Assembly (NCBI RefSeq): GCF_000284455.1
Contig: NC_017039.1
Span: forward strand, 1,650,001 to 1,682,000
Reading direction: 5' to 3'
Source of the DNA: Synechocystis sp. PCC 6803 substr. PCC-P
GTDB lineage: Bacteria; Cyanobacteriota; Cyanobacteriia; Cyanobacteriales; Microcystaceae
DNA length: 32,000 bases
Under the pieces are notes generated by a model. It had not been told where the DNA came from and did no database searches. It saw only the letters and a program-made list of their open reading frames with translations. Within the stretch, counting starts at the first letter, position 1. Every line of letters begins with the position of its first letter. Positions 1 through 11,333 of the stretch are shown here, in pieces. The translations under genes were made by a program, and so were the position numbers.

Positions 1-1386
1 GAATCTCTATCCACATTGCTGGGTTTGGGCAGGGCCGCCGGAGCGGATTTTGTTGAGTTTTTCCTCGAAAAGGTCAATTACGTCAGTTGCCTAGCGGAAG
101 ACGATGCCATTACCAGCCTCACCCCCCGACTCTCCAGTGGTTGCGGTGTCAGGGTTTATAAAGGCAAAGGCGACTGCTACGTTAGCACCAACGATATTTC
201 TTTCAATGGTCTCCGCACTGCGCTGGAAAAGGGTTTGTCAATTTTGGGCTTAACCTTACCGGCGGGCCAATCCTTTGTACCTGAACTGAACTTGGAAATG
301 TTGCGGGACTATGCCGGAGCCAAGGAAAAGGATCAATGGTTACACCGTTGTAGCCCCATGCAGGAAATGAGCGATATTTTGCTGGGAGCTAACCAAAAAT
401 TAGACCACTATGCTAGCCATGCCCAATCCCGACGGGCCGCCTATTTTCGCGATTGGCAGGAGGTTCTGGTAGCCGCTAGTGACGGCACCTTTGCCCGGGA
501 CATCCGCCTGACCCAATCCGTAGGATTTTCCCTTTTTTGTGCTGATGGCGAACACCGCACTTCCATCGGTAAGCGTTCTGGGGACACCAGTAATCCCGAC
601 TATCTACGCACTTGGGACGCAGAAACCTCTGCCCAGGAAGTCGCAGAATCCGCCGGGAAAATGCTCTACGCTGACTACGTGGAATCGGGCAATTATCCCA
701 TCATTATGGCCAACCAATTCGGAGGGGTTATTTTCCACGAGGCCTGTGGTCATTTGTTGGAAACCACCCAAATTGAACATAAAACTACTCCTTTCCTCGA
801 TAAAAAAGGGGAAAAAATTGCCCATGAAAACCTCACTGCTTGGGATGAAGGGCTGACAGATAACGCCTTTGGCACCATTGATATGGACGATGAAGGCATG
901 CCCACCCAGCGCACTTTGCTGATCGAAAATGGCATTTTGAAAAATTTCATCGCCGATCGCACCGGTTCTATTCGCACTGGCCATCCCCGCACCGGCAGTG
1001 GTCGCCGCCAAAGCTATGCCTATGCGGCCGCTTCCCGCATGCGTAACACCTACATTGCCCCCGGTAATTATTCAGTGGATGACATTTTTAATTCCGTCGA
1101 AAAGGGCATTTACTGCAAGCAAATGGGGGGCGGTAGCGTGGGAGCCACAGGGGAATTTAACTTTGCGGTTTCTGAAGCTTACCTGGTGGAAAACGGCAAG
1201 TTGACTAAACCCCTCAAGGGCGCAACGTTAATTGGCACGGCCACGGAGATTATGAATAAAATTTCCATGTCTTCCCAGGATTTGGGACTAGCGGCGGGAT
1301 TCTGTGGTTCCGTCAGCGGCAGTGTCTATGTCACCGTCGGGCAACCCCACATTAAGGTTGATGGTATTACGGTGGGGGGACGTTAG
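1..1386 (+). CDS. tldD: TldD-family metalloprotease, 5' end outside the window (frame is open to base 1; the ORF track starts at an internal TTG at 16)
   Basis: Protein contains [11 protein letters not shown] (HExxxH-type TldD motif) and the C-terminal TldD signature region [20 protein letters not shown]; frame 1 reads [10 protein letters not shown] upstream of the called start. Confidence 0.93.
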
Positions 1387-1424
1387 TTTTCCTGGGAATT
1401 ACAAAATCTCCCTAATTCAACAAT

Positions 1425-2324
1425 TCAACTCAAGGTACGGGCGGAAACAAACCGCTCAATGCTTGCTAGGTCCCGGTGAATTTGAATATCTTGGTAGGCT
1501 CCACTAGCTCTCAAAAGTTCAGCAACCATGGGGGCCTGGCCGGTCATGATTTCCACCAACCAAAAACCTCCGGGCTTTAAATAAGTTGGCGATCGCCGAA
1601 TGAGTTGCTCCACTGCTTGCAGGCCATCGGGGCCGCCATCTAGGGCTAAAAGGGGTTCGTGCTTAATCACTTCCGGTTGTAACTGGGCCAATTCCCGTTG
1701 GGGAATGTAAGGCGGATTAGACACCATGCCCTGGACCTGGCCCTTCAGATGCTCTAGGGGTTCCCACCAATAACCTTGATGAAATTGAATCCGATCGCCA
1801 AACTGATTCAACTGGGCATTTTCTCTGGCGATCGCCAAAGCAGAGCCGCTGCAATCCACGGCATGGACTAGGGCCTGGGGAAACGTGGCGGCTAAACCTA
1901 GGGCAATGGCTCCACTCCCCGTACCCAAATCCACCCAATGGTCAGCGCAGTTAGACGGAGATAAGGCAGAATGCTCATGTTGCACTATGTCGATTATTAA
2001 CTCCGTTTCCGGCCGGGGAATTAGTACATCATCAGTGACTTTAATCACAAAATCACGCCACTGGGTTTGCCCCAACAGGTATTGCACTGGATATTTTTCC
2101 TCGACTCTTCTGCGCCAGCCCCGTTGAATATTTTCCCAAGTTTCTTGCAAAGCAATCTCTCGATGGGCAAAATCCTGCAACCGTAGGGTTAACCGGTCTA
2201 AATCCGTCCATCCCTGCAATAACCAGTTCAATTCCCCTGTTTCAATGCCATGGGCGATCGCCATTTGTCGGGCTGTGGCATACCAACGGGCAAATTCTTC
2301 ACCGGAGACAAAGCCCTTATTCAT
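1425..2324 (-). CDS. prmC: Peptide chain release factor N5-glutamine methyltransferase
   Basis: VDLGTGSGAIALGLA SAM-binding motif, NPPYIP catalytic motif and PRPETELIID, typical of HemK/PrmC. Confidence 0.93.
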   Translation of the reverse strand: MNKGFVSGEEFARWYATARQMAIAHGIETGELNWLLQGWTDLDRLTLRLQDFAHREIALQETWENIQRGWRRRVEEKYPVQYLLGQTQWRDFVIKVTDDVLIPRPETELIIDIVQHEHSALSPSNCADHWVDLGTGSGAIALGLAATFPQALVHAVDCSGSALAIARENAQLNQFGDRIQFHQGYWWEPLEHLKGQVQGMVSNPPYIPQRELAQLQPEVIKHEPLLALDGGPDGLQAVEQLIRRSPTYLKPGGFWLVEIMTGQAPMVAELLRASGAYQDIQIHRDLASIERFVSARTLS

Positions 2325-2501
2325 TGTGTTTACGGGGGTTTACGGTTGATGGTGGCATACATGGCATGGGCAAACTTTGGCGCTTTTACTGCGGATGGGG
2401 ATTAATTAATTCTTTTCGCTCTCCGAAAGGTGGAAGTAGAATACAGTGGAGTGTCCCCTGGAACGCCAAGCAAACGGTTATTCCTCCCCCGGTCCTGCGC
2501 C

Positions 2502-3692
2502 ATGTCTGCTAGTCCCCGCCTCCACATTCTCCTCATTGAAGACAACCTGGCTGAAGCTCGCCTCCTGCAGGAAATTCTCAAAGGCTCCCCCAAGGAAAAT
2601 TTTGCATTCAACCATGTGCAAAGGTTGGGGGATGCTTTAACGGTTTTGGCACAGGGGGAAAAGTTTGACATTATTTTGTTGGACTTAACCCTACCGGACA
2701 GCCAAGGTCTAAATTCCTTGCCGAAACTGCAAAGCCATCCTCAAAATTTACCCATCATTGTCCTCACCCATTACCAAGACGAAGAATTGGCCTTAGAAGC
2801 GGTCCGTCAAGGGGCCCAGGACTATTTGGTCAAGCGGGACGTGAGCTTGGATATTCTCCTACGTTCGCTCCATTATGCCATTCAACGCCATTGCCTCGCG
2901 CGGGAATTGGCGGCGGAAAACCAGATCCTGAGTGCCAGCATTAAACGCCAGGAAAGGGAATTGTCCGAGGCGAAGGCAGCCAATAAGCTCAAGTCAGAGT
3001 TTGTTTCCATGCTTTCCCATGATTTCCGCAATCCCCTCAATACCATTCTTTTGTCGGCGGGCTTGTTGGAAGAAAGTGGCGATCGCCTGAGTAAAGGGCA
3101 ACAACATAATTATTTCAACATGATCCGCACCGCTATTAAGGATCTAGATGAATTATTGTCGGAGGTATTACTGCTGGGAAAAACGGAAAATGGCCAGCTC
3201 AGTTGTCAATTTGAATCCCTGGATTTACTTTACTTTTGCCAGGATTTAATGCGTTTGGTGAACAATGCCCAGCGCCAACCAAGGCCGATTCATTTCCACA
3301 CCCAAGGCAATCTGCAACAGGGAGTTTGGGATGCCCATTTATTGCGCCACATTATTTGTAATCTCCTCAGCAATGCGATCAAGTATTCTCCTTCTCCCAC
3401 CCCCATTTTGTTCGATGTAATTGCCGAAGGTAAAACCATGATCTTCCGGGTCACGGACCAGGGCATCGGCATTCCTCCCCAGGCCATGGCGGAATTATTT
3501 AATCCCTTTTTCCGAGCGGACAATGTGGAGGGGGTAACGGGTACTGGTTTAGGACTGGCGATCGTACAGCGTTGTGCCAATATCCATGGGGGAGAAGTGA
3601 CAGTGGAAAGCAAGGAAGGGGAAGGGTCCTGTTTTGCTGTGCGTTTACCGATTCTGGAAATTGCCGACAATGGCGATCGGTTCAGCCCCTGA
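2502..3692 (+). CDS. hik23: Response-regulator receiver domain followed by histidine kinase (Hik23-type); start placed at MSASPRLHILLIEDN rather than at 2430
   Basis: REC domain (LLIEDN, IILLDLTLPDSQG), H-box SHDFRNPLN, N-box NLLSNAIKYS, G-boxes DQGIGIP and GTGLGLAIV. The symbol is from recall of slr1324. Confidence 0.85.
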   Translation: MSASPRLHILLIEDNLAEARLLQEILKGSPKENFAFNHVQRLGDALTVLAQGEKFDIILLDLTLPDSQGLNSLPKLQSHPQNLPIIVLTHYQDEELALEAVRQGAQDYLVKRDVSLDILLRSLHYAIQRHCLARELAAENQILSASIKRQERELSEAKAANKLKSEFVSMLSHDFRNPLNTILLSAGLLEESGDRLSKGQQHNYFNMIRTAIKDLDELLSEVLLLGKTENGQLSCQFESLDLLYFCQDLMRLVNNAQRQPRPIHFHTQGNLQQGVWDAHLLRHIICNLLSNAIKYSPSPTPILFDVIAEGKTMIFRVTDQGIGIPPQAMAELFNPFFRADNVEGVTGTGLGLAIVQRCANIHGGEVTVESKEGEGSCFAVRLPILEIADNGDRFSP

Positions 3693-3970
3693 GAGTATGC
3701 TGGTCAAGCTCCAATCTGCCCCTACATCCCCCAACACTAGAGGCTTGTGAATACGCTCTAGGGAACGGGGAAAATTTTATCAATGGTGGCTGAATAAGAT
3801 GGGACAAAGGATGGATAGGAGTGGACTAAGGTGGAGGAAATTCTATTTTTTTCCATGTTTAGAAGGGAAGTGGAAACGCTGAAACCCTTGATTTTACAGG
3901 TTTTTTGGGACTGACATGCCCTGGAGATTTCCCTATGCTGTAGTTATTGAAAGCAAAGGAACACCTCACC

Positions 3971-4168
3971 ATGTTTGCCTCCACCAACTACACCTCCACC
4001 GCCATCCGCAACTACACCATCGCCGCCGTCACCGTTTTAACCTTGAGCATGGGTATGGGTGAATTGTTCAATAATCCTAACCGCATTGCTACCCAAAACA
4101 CCATTGACAATTACAGTTCCTACATTGGCGCTGGTTTAGTTAGCTATGCCCAGTCTTCCCTGAAATAA
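3971..4168 (+). CDS. Small hypothetical protein
   Basis: 65-codon ORF starting MFASTNYTSTAIRNYTIAAVTVLTLSMG with a short hydrophobic segment; fills an otherwise empty gap. Confidence 0.5.
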   Translation: MFASTNYTSTAIRNYTIAAVTVLTLSMGMGELFNNPNRIATQNTIDNYSSYIGAGLVSYAQSSLK

Positions 4169-4316
4169 ACTAAGGTTGCTGGTCTTTTATCCCCATTACT
4201 CCATAGCCCGCTAAGGCTTGCAGTAGTAAGACCCATTGGTCAATCATCGCTAAAAGTAAAAGCAGAAAATATTTAGTTCAAAGAAGCAAAGTTGGCGCAA
4301 GGAAATCAGCAACAGC

Positions 4317-4700
4317 TTAATCAGCGCCGTCAACCCACTGTTGCATTGCCTTACTGAAATCCGCTAACTGCTGATAGTGCCCCAATAGACGCTGTTGATA
4401 ATGGTGCTGTCGTTGAGGGGAGCGGGCCGATCGCCAGAAGATTAATTCCGTCGAGAGCAGGCGTAGGGTTCTTTGCAATTCCGTTTGTATGGATGACCAT
4501 GGTTGCGGTCCTTGGCAAGGCCAGTCTTCCATTGTGACGCTAAGGAAATGATGCTGAATGAAATCCCCCAGTTCGTCAACCTGTTTGGCCACCGTCGCCC
4601 CCTCAGCCCCAGGATCGGCCATGGTGCACTGACATTGATCCAACAATTGCTGAAATTCCCTAAGGCGATCGGGTAAATCGAGTGGTAGCGTAGACGACAT
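4317..4700 (-). CDS. Small conserved-looking protein, tentatively PatD-like (heterocyst frequency control family); start at MSSTLPLD
   Basis: Helical protein with LQRTLRLLSTELIFWRSARSPQRQHHYQQRLLGHYQQL resembling the PatD family core; family assignment is from memory. Confidence 0.55.
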   Translation of the reverse strand: MSSTLPLDLPDRLREFQQLLDQCQCTMADPGAEGATVAKQVDELGDFIQHHFLSVTMEDWPCQGPQPWSSIQTELQRTLRLLSTELIFWRSARSPQRQHHYQQRLLGHYQQLADFSKAMQQWVDGAD

Positions 4701-5070
4701 TGCTCCGATGAATTTGACGGGGGTTGGGCGAATCAAGGTTAAAATAATGTTAAGGCTTGCTGATTATTAACTCAAACTTGTCGACCCTGTGTGGTCCAAC
4801 TCCCTGGGAAATCTCCTGGGGAGAGTATCGCTTTTACCTGTCCCTAGTAAAAGGAGCAAAAATCATTAATAACCATTAACATTAATTAACATTAATCCCA
4901 AAAACCTGCACCGATACAGAAATGTCTGCTACAAGATAAATACGGGATTTTGACAAGCTAATAGCTGATACTATTTTTCCCCCGTTAATTGGCAATTATC
5001 GGCTTTTTTGGTCGTTTTTTCTGTTTTATAACTAGTTAGTGCAAACTACCCTAACACCCTCCCCAAAACT

Positions 5071-7353
5071 ATGAATGCCGTCGCCGCTCTGCCCACCCCC
5101 ACCATTCACACCACCTGTGCCCAAGACATTCACGATATTGAATTGCCCCAGTGGTTAGAGGATTGTTTACAGCAGTGGCAGAGGGAGATAGAACAGGGCC
5201 AGGACGAAACAACGGCGCCCCATTGTCTAATTTGTCGAGCGTTCTGTTTTGCCTACGATCTCCATGCCCAACAGCGGCGGAAATCCGGGGAACCCTACAT
5301 TGCCCATCCGGTGGCGGTGGCGGGGCTACTGCGGGATTTGGGGGGAGATGAGGCAATGATTGCGGCGGGTTTTTTGCATGATGTGGTGGAAGATACGGAC
5401 ATTAGCATTGAACAAATTGAAGCTTTGTTTGGGGAAGAAACGGCCAGTTTGGTGGAAGGGGTAACTAAACTCTCTAAATTTAATTTTTCTAGTACAACAG
5501 AGCATCAAGCAGAAAATTTCCGGCGTATGTTTTTGGCCATGGCCAAGGATATTCGGGTGATTGTGGTCAAGCTAGCCGATCGCCTGCACAATATGCGGAC
5601 CTTAGATGCGTTAAGTCCAGAAAAACAACGGCGCATTGCTAGGGAAACCAAGGATATTTTTGCGCCTTTAGCCAACCGTTTGGGCATTTGGCGCTTTAAG
5701 TGGGAATTGGAAGATCTTTCCTTTAAGTATCTAGAACCCGATTCCTATCGCAAAATTCAGTCCCTGGTAGTAGAAAAAAGAGGTGATCGAGAATCCCGTC
5801 TGGAAACTGTCAAGGATATGTTGCGCTTCCGCCTGCGGGATGAGGGCATTGAACATTTTGAACTCCAAGGGCGCCCCAAACATCTCTACGGCATTTATTA
5901 CAAAATGACCAGCCAGGATAAGGCCTTTGAAGAAATTTATGACATTGCCGCCCTACGCATCATCGTGGAAAGCAAGGGGGAATGTTACCGAGCTCTGTCG
6001 GTGGTTCATGACGTCTTTAAACCCATTCCAGGGCGCTTTAAGGATTACATCGGTTTGCCCAAACCCAACCGTTACCAATCCCTCCACACCACAGTTTTAG
6101 GACTAACTAGCCGACCCCTGGAAATCCAAATTCGCACCGAGGAAATGCACCATGTGGCGGAGTATGGTATTGCCGCCCATTGGAAATACAAGGAAAGTGG
6201 TGGCTCCGAAAATGCAACCCTCACCTCCACCGACGAAAAATTTACTTGGTTGCGGCAACTGCTGGACTGGCAGAGCGACCTCAAGGATGCCCAGGAATAT
6301 GTGGAAAACCTTAAACAAAATCTCTTTGATGATGACGTTTACGTTTTCACCCCCAAGGGCGAGGTGATTTCCCTGGCCCGGGGGGCCACACCGGTGGATT
6401 TTGCTTACCGCATCCACACGGAAGTGGGCCACCATATGAAAGGGGCCCGGGTGAATGGCCAATGGTTGGGGGTGGATACCAGGCTGAAAAATGGCGACAT
6501 TGTGGAAATTGTCACCCAAAAGAATTCCCACCCTAGTTTGGATTGGCTCAATTTTGTTGTTACCCCCAGTGCCCGCCACCGCATCCGTCAATGGTTTAAG
6601 CGTTCCCGCCGGGATGAGAATATTCTCCGGGGTCGAGAATTGTTAGAGAAAGAATTGGGCAAAACCGGTTTGGAAGCCCTGCTGAAATCAGAACCGATGC
6701 AAAAAACGGCAGAGCGATGTAACTACCAAAATGTGGAAGATTTGTTGGCTGGTTTGGGCTACGGCGAAATTACCTCCAATTCTGTGGTCAACCGTCTGCG
6801 GGAAAATAATGTCAACAACGTTAAAAATAGCCAGTCTAGCCAGGAAGTTACCCTAGCAAGTTCCCCCCAAGTCCATCCCCCTACTCCCCCTGCCACTGGC
6901 AAAGATAATTCGCCCATCGCCGGCATTGAGGGTTTGCTGTATCACATTGCTGGTTGTTGTCATCCGTTACCGGGGGAACCCATTATGGGGGTAGTGACCA
7001 GGGGAGCCCGGGGCATTTCCATCCATCGCCAGGGTTGCCATAACCTCGAACAAATGGACGGCGATCGCCTAATTCCGGTGCGCTGGAATCCCAACACCAA
7101 TAATCACCAAACCTATCCGGTGGACATTGTCATTGAAGCCATTGACCGGGTAGGGGTGCTGAAGGATATTCTTTCTCGCCTCAGCGACAACCACATTAAC
7201 GTCCGCAACGCCGATGTTAAAACCCATTTGGGACGACCCGCCATTATTAGTCTCAAAATTGATATTCACGACTATCAACAGCTATTGGGCATCATGGCCA
7301 AAATTAAAAATATGAGTGATGTGATGGACCTGCGTCGGGTAATTTCTGGTTAG
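5071..7353 (+). CDS. relA/spoT: Bifunctional (p)ppGpp synthetase/hydrolase (HD, synthetase, TGS, ACT)
   Basis: HD motif GFLHDVVEDT; LADRLHNMRTL; synthetase RFKDYIGLPKPNRYQSLHTTV; TGS VYVFTPKGEVISLARGATPVDFAY; C-terminal ACT domain. Confidence 0.95.
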   Translation: MNAVAALPTPTIHTTCAQDIHDIELPQWLEDCLQQWQREIEQGQDETTAPHCLICRAFCFAYDLHAQQRRKSGEPYIAHPVAVAGLLRDLGGDEAMIAAGFLHDVVEDTDISIEQIEALFGEETASLVEGVTKLSKFNFSSTTEHQAENFRRMFLAMAKDIRVIVVKLADRLHNMRTLDALSPEKQRRIARETKDIFAPLANRLGIWRFKWELEDLSFKYLEPDSYRKIQSLVVEKRGDRESRLETVKDMLRFRLRDEGIEHFELQGRPKHLYGIYYKMTSQDKAFEEIYDIAALRIIVESKGECYRALSVVHDVFKPIPGRFKDYIGLPKPNRYQSLHTTVLGLTSRPLEIQIRTEEMHHVAEYGIAAHWKYKESGGSENATLTSTDEKFTWLRQLLDWQSDLKDAQEYVENLKQNLFDDDVYVFTPKGEVISLARGATPVDFAYRIHTEVGHHMKGARVNGQWLGVDTRLKNGDIVEIVTQKNSHPSLDWLNFVVTPSARHRIRQWFKRSRRDENILRGRELLEKELGKTGLEALLKSEPMQKTAERCNYQNVEDLLAGLGYGEITSNSVVNRLRENNVNNVKNSQSSQEVTLASSPQVHPPTPPATGKDNSPIAGIEGLLYHIAGCCHPLPGEPIMGVVTRGARGISIHRQGCHNLEQMDGDRLIPVRWNPNTNNHQTYPVDIVIEAIDRVGVLKDILSRLSDNHINVRNADVKTHLGRPAIISLKIDIHDYQQLLGIMAKIKNMSDVMDLRRVISG

Positions 7354-7471
7354 TTTGGAGGCCCAGCCGATCACCATCCCCCACTAGAGGATATCCGCAA
7401 ATCCTAACATTGGGGGATTGAAAACTTAGCCTGGGGAATTATGGGCATTGCGTCTATGGCCTGCCTAAAAA

Positions 7472-7498
7472 TAAAAAAATCCCCCGAAATATGGGAGA
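7472..7498 (-). terminator. Candidate Rho-independent terminator for ahcY
   Basis: Minus strand reads TCTCCC-ATATTTC-GGGGGA-TTTTTTT; 6-bp stem with one wobble followed by a T tract, 41 nt after the ahcY stop. Confidence 0.6.
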
Positions 7499-7538
7499 TT
7501 GAAGGGGTTTTAGGTAAAAAATGAATCCGTAAACGGTT

Positions 7539-8828
<1,290 letters not shown>

Positions 8829-9096
8829 CTAAGAACTTTGCTTGAATGTGATATAACTTAACATTTTATCGGTCTGGAATGGCGATCGCCCCTTTGTCCA
8901 TTGACAGACGGTTAGCGCAGGTAGGCAAAGCTCTAATCTGATCCTAAATTTTCCTACCAAAGCTCTGGCAACCCTGCAGAACTTTAAACCTATCCCCCTA
9001 GGCTTGGGGCCAGGGGACTTTTCAAGCAACTCCTTGGGGCACTATTTGGAAATGTGATAATGGGAGTTATAATTCGCCTCTCGGAGAAAAGTTGAA

Positions 9097-9315
9097 ATGC
9101 ACTCATTGTCATCACTGGAATTTCCTGAGCTTAAAAGTGTTATTGCCCAATGTAATCTTGAAGAAAAACTTGAATTATTAGAACTTTTGGAAAAGGATAC
9201 TTTTGGCACCAGATTTAACAAATTTTTAAATTCTGTCAAAACTGACGAATTAACCTTAGAAGACATTACACAAGAAGTTGAATCGGTCCGGCAAGCTAAT
9301 TATCATGAACAATGA
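9097..9315 (+). CDS. Small acidic protein, probable antitoxin of the adjacent PIN protein
   Basis: 72 aa ORF that overlaps the downstream PIN-domain ORF by 11 nt (ATG at 9305, TGA at 9313-9315). Confidence 0.7.
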   Translation: MHSLSSLEFPELKSVIAQCNLEEKLELLELLEKDTFGTRFNKFLNSVKTDELTLEDITQEVESVRQANYHEQ

Positions 9316-9739
9316 AGTTATCCGGGTTGTAATTGATACGAATATCTGGATCAGTTTTCTAATTGGAAAAACTCTTCAAGGTTTAAATCAAGCCATCATT
9401 GATAACCAAGTGGTCATTTTATTCAGTGACACTTTGTTTACTGAGCTGATGGAAGTATTACACCATCCTAAATTCAAAAAGTACTTTTCCGGAACAGCCA
9501 TCCAAAATTTAATCGCACTGTTAAACGAAAAAGTTGAATTGGTTGAAGTGAATCTTCATTTTGACAGTTATCGAGACAAAAAAGATAATTTCTTGCTGGA
9601 TTTGGCAGTCTCAGGCAATGCAAATTATTTGGTGACGGGAGATAGTGACCTATTGACATTAAACCCATTTGACAATGTAGAAATTATCTCCTATCAACAT
9701 TTTCAAGCTATTATTTTAGCCATGATGGATAATCAGTAA
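9305..9739 (+). CDS. PIN-domain protein, probable toxin of a type II TA pair; start at MNNEVIRVVIDTN rather than 9278
   Basis: VVIDTNIWIS at the N-terminus, mid-protein ELMEVL, and DNFLLDLAVSGNANYLVTGDSDLL at the C-terminus, the classic PIN acidic pattern. Confidence 0.82.
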   Translation: MNNEVIRVVIDTNIWISFLIGKTLQGLNQAIIDNQVVILFSDTLFTELMEVLHHPKFKKYFSGTAIQNLIALLNEKVELVEVNLHFDSYRDKKDNFLLDLAVSGNANYLVTGDSDLLTLNPFDNVEIISYQHFQAIILAMMDNQ

Positions 9740-9766
9740 TTATTAATCGATGGATTAATATTTAAA

Positions 9767-10651
9767 TTAAATATCATTCACAGCGGTGATTTTTACCTCC
9801 GTTTCTAGTTCCGATTGCACCGTCAAACCTGTTTCCAGGAAAGTTTTCACCGGTGCCACTTCTCCCCCCACCGGACTGCAATAGGCGGGAATGGCACTGG
9901 CCACCAACGCAATATGGCGATCGCCAACCGCCAAACCATGGGTAGGGTCATAGCCCCGCCAACCAGCTCCAGGCAAGTACACTTCCGCCCAGGCATGGAG
10001 TTCCCATTGACTAATCTCCGGATCTCCCACTTCGTAACCACTGACAAACCGGGCGGCTAAACCCATGGCGCGACAGACTTCCATAAATAGCACTGTTAGA
10101 TCTCGACAGGAGCCTTCTCGACTGCGCCAAGTCACCCCCGCTTCCCAGGGCTCCCCGATAGCCCGCACTGTATAGGTACAATGTTCGTAGAGTTTTTGGG
10201 TCAAATTTTGTAAAAAGGCGATCGGTTGTCGCTGGCAATCATGGGCAATGTCCTGGGCTAGTTCCACGGCCACCGGATCAAGACGACCTTCGTAGGGCAC
10301 CAAGTAACCCCTCAATTGTTGAGCCAGGGATTGGGGATAGTCAAATGGTAGTTTTAATGCCCACGGTTCTAGCAAAAAGTTGAAGGGATTTTCCATGGTG
10401 GTTTGCACAAAGGATTCCACGGCGATCGCCAGCTTTTCTGTGGGGTCAGTGAACCATACTTTTTGTTCGCCATTGCCATCGAGGGTGGTGATTTCCGCTA
10501 AACCGGCAGGGAGGGGATCAATGGTTAGATTATAGGTCAGCAGATTTTGCCAACCATTACTGCGGGGTCGCAATCGTAAACGGTGAGGACGTAAATAAAC
10601 GGGCTGATTAAAGCGATATTCAGTGTGATGTTCAATGCGATAGGTTGCCAT
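9767..10651 (-). CDS. Transglutaminase-like domain protein; start at MATYRIEHHTEYRF
   Basis: N-terminal bacterial transglutaminase-like region; core GSCRDLTVLFMEVCRAMGLAARFVSGYE (Cys), HAWAEVYLPGAGWRGYDPTHG (His/Asp). Confidence 0.88.
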   Translation of the reverse strand: MATYRIEHHTEYRFNQPVYLRPHRLRLRPRSNGWQNLLTYNLTIDPLPAGLAEITTLDGNGEQKVWFTDPTEKLAIAVESFVQTTMENPFNFLLEPWALKLPFDYPQSLAQQLRGYLVPYEGRLDPVAVELAQDIAHDCQRQPIAFLQNLTQKLYEHCTYTVRAIGEPWEAGVTWRSREGSCRDLTVLFMEVCRAMGLAARFVSGYEVGDPEISQWELHAWAEVYLPGAGWRGYDPTHGLAVGDRHIALVASAIPAYCSPVGGEVAPVKTFLETGLTVQSELETEVKITAVNDI

Positions 10652-10749
10652 AAAATCAGAAAATCTAGAGTTGATTATTGGAGGATATGCCGACAAAAAT
10701 TTTAAGAATTCTTAAATACTTTCAGGCTGTTTAGACTATGACGATGATT

Positions 10750-11313
10750 TTATTCTGAGAGCCAATCAAAAACTAAGCCAAAATTAATTTGTAGACTGGA
10801 AGCAAAGGTTGGCACGGGTAAAATTTGCTCCGCTTGGTCAAAAATATTCGGCTGTTTTCCTGAAATATAGGTAAAAATAATTTGCTCAGCAGGATCAATT
10901 AACCAACCCATTTCGCTACCATGGTTTAAACAGTGGAGAATATTTCTAATTACCCTAGTTTGGCTTTGATCTGGAGAAAGAATTTCAATGGCCCAGTTAG
11001 GTGCAAGGGGAAAAAAGTTGGCAATTTTACCGTCATCATCCCTGGGAATATTGGACCAAGCAAAAACAGACAAATCCGGCACAATGGAGCGACCACCAAA
11101 AGTACAGCGCAATTCGGGAAACGCCCTAGCAATTTTTCGGTTTTTCAGGGATGAATTGATGACTGCAACCAATTCTCCTTGAATGACACTATGTTTTCCT
11201 TGGGGCATAGGTTTTTGAATAACTTGTCCTTCAACATATTCCTGTGCCGGTTTAGTTTCTGGCAAATCAAGAAAATCTTTTAAGCTAATCGATGGGGGTG
11301 CAATTTGCAGCAT
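10750..11313 (-). CDS. Uma2-family (DUF820) putative endonuclease-like protein
   Basis: EYVEGQVIQKP, VPDLSVFAW, PNWAIEILSPDQSQTRV, MGWLIDPAEQIIFTY, characteristic Uma2/DUF820 pattern. Confidence 0.85.
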   Translation of the reverse strand: MLQIAPPSISLKDFLDLPETKPAQEYVEGQVIQKPMPQGKHSVIQGELVAVINSSLKNRKIARAFPELRCTFGGRSIVPDLSVFAWSNIPRDDDGKIANFFPLAPNWAIEILSPDQSQTRVIRNILHCLNHGSEMGWLIDPAEQIIFTYISGKQPNIFDQAEQILPVPTFASSLQINFGLVFDWLSE

Positions 11314-11333
11314 ATTAATTCTGTAGTCATGGG

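Noticed and set aside
3290-3670. 126 aa minus-strand ORF opposite the Hik23-type kinase
   Set aside because: Antisense shadow of the HATPase-coding region.
6103-6591. 162 aa minus-strand ORF opposite relA/spoT
   Set aside because: Antisense to the conserved synthetase and TGS-coding region; no independent support.
9097-11313. Defense island built from the PIN pair, transglutaminase-like and Uma2 proteins
   Set aside because: Genes are on different strands, belong to widely scattered families, and lack any recognised defense effector, so clustering appears incidental.
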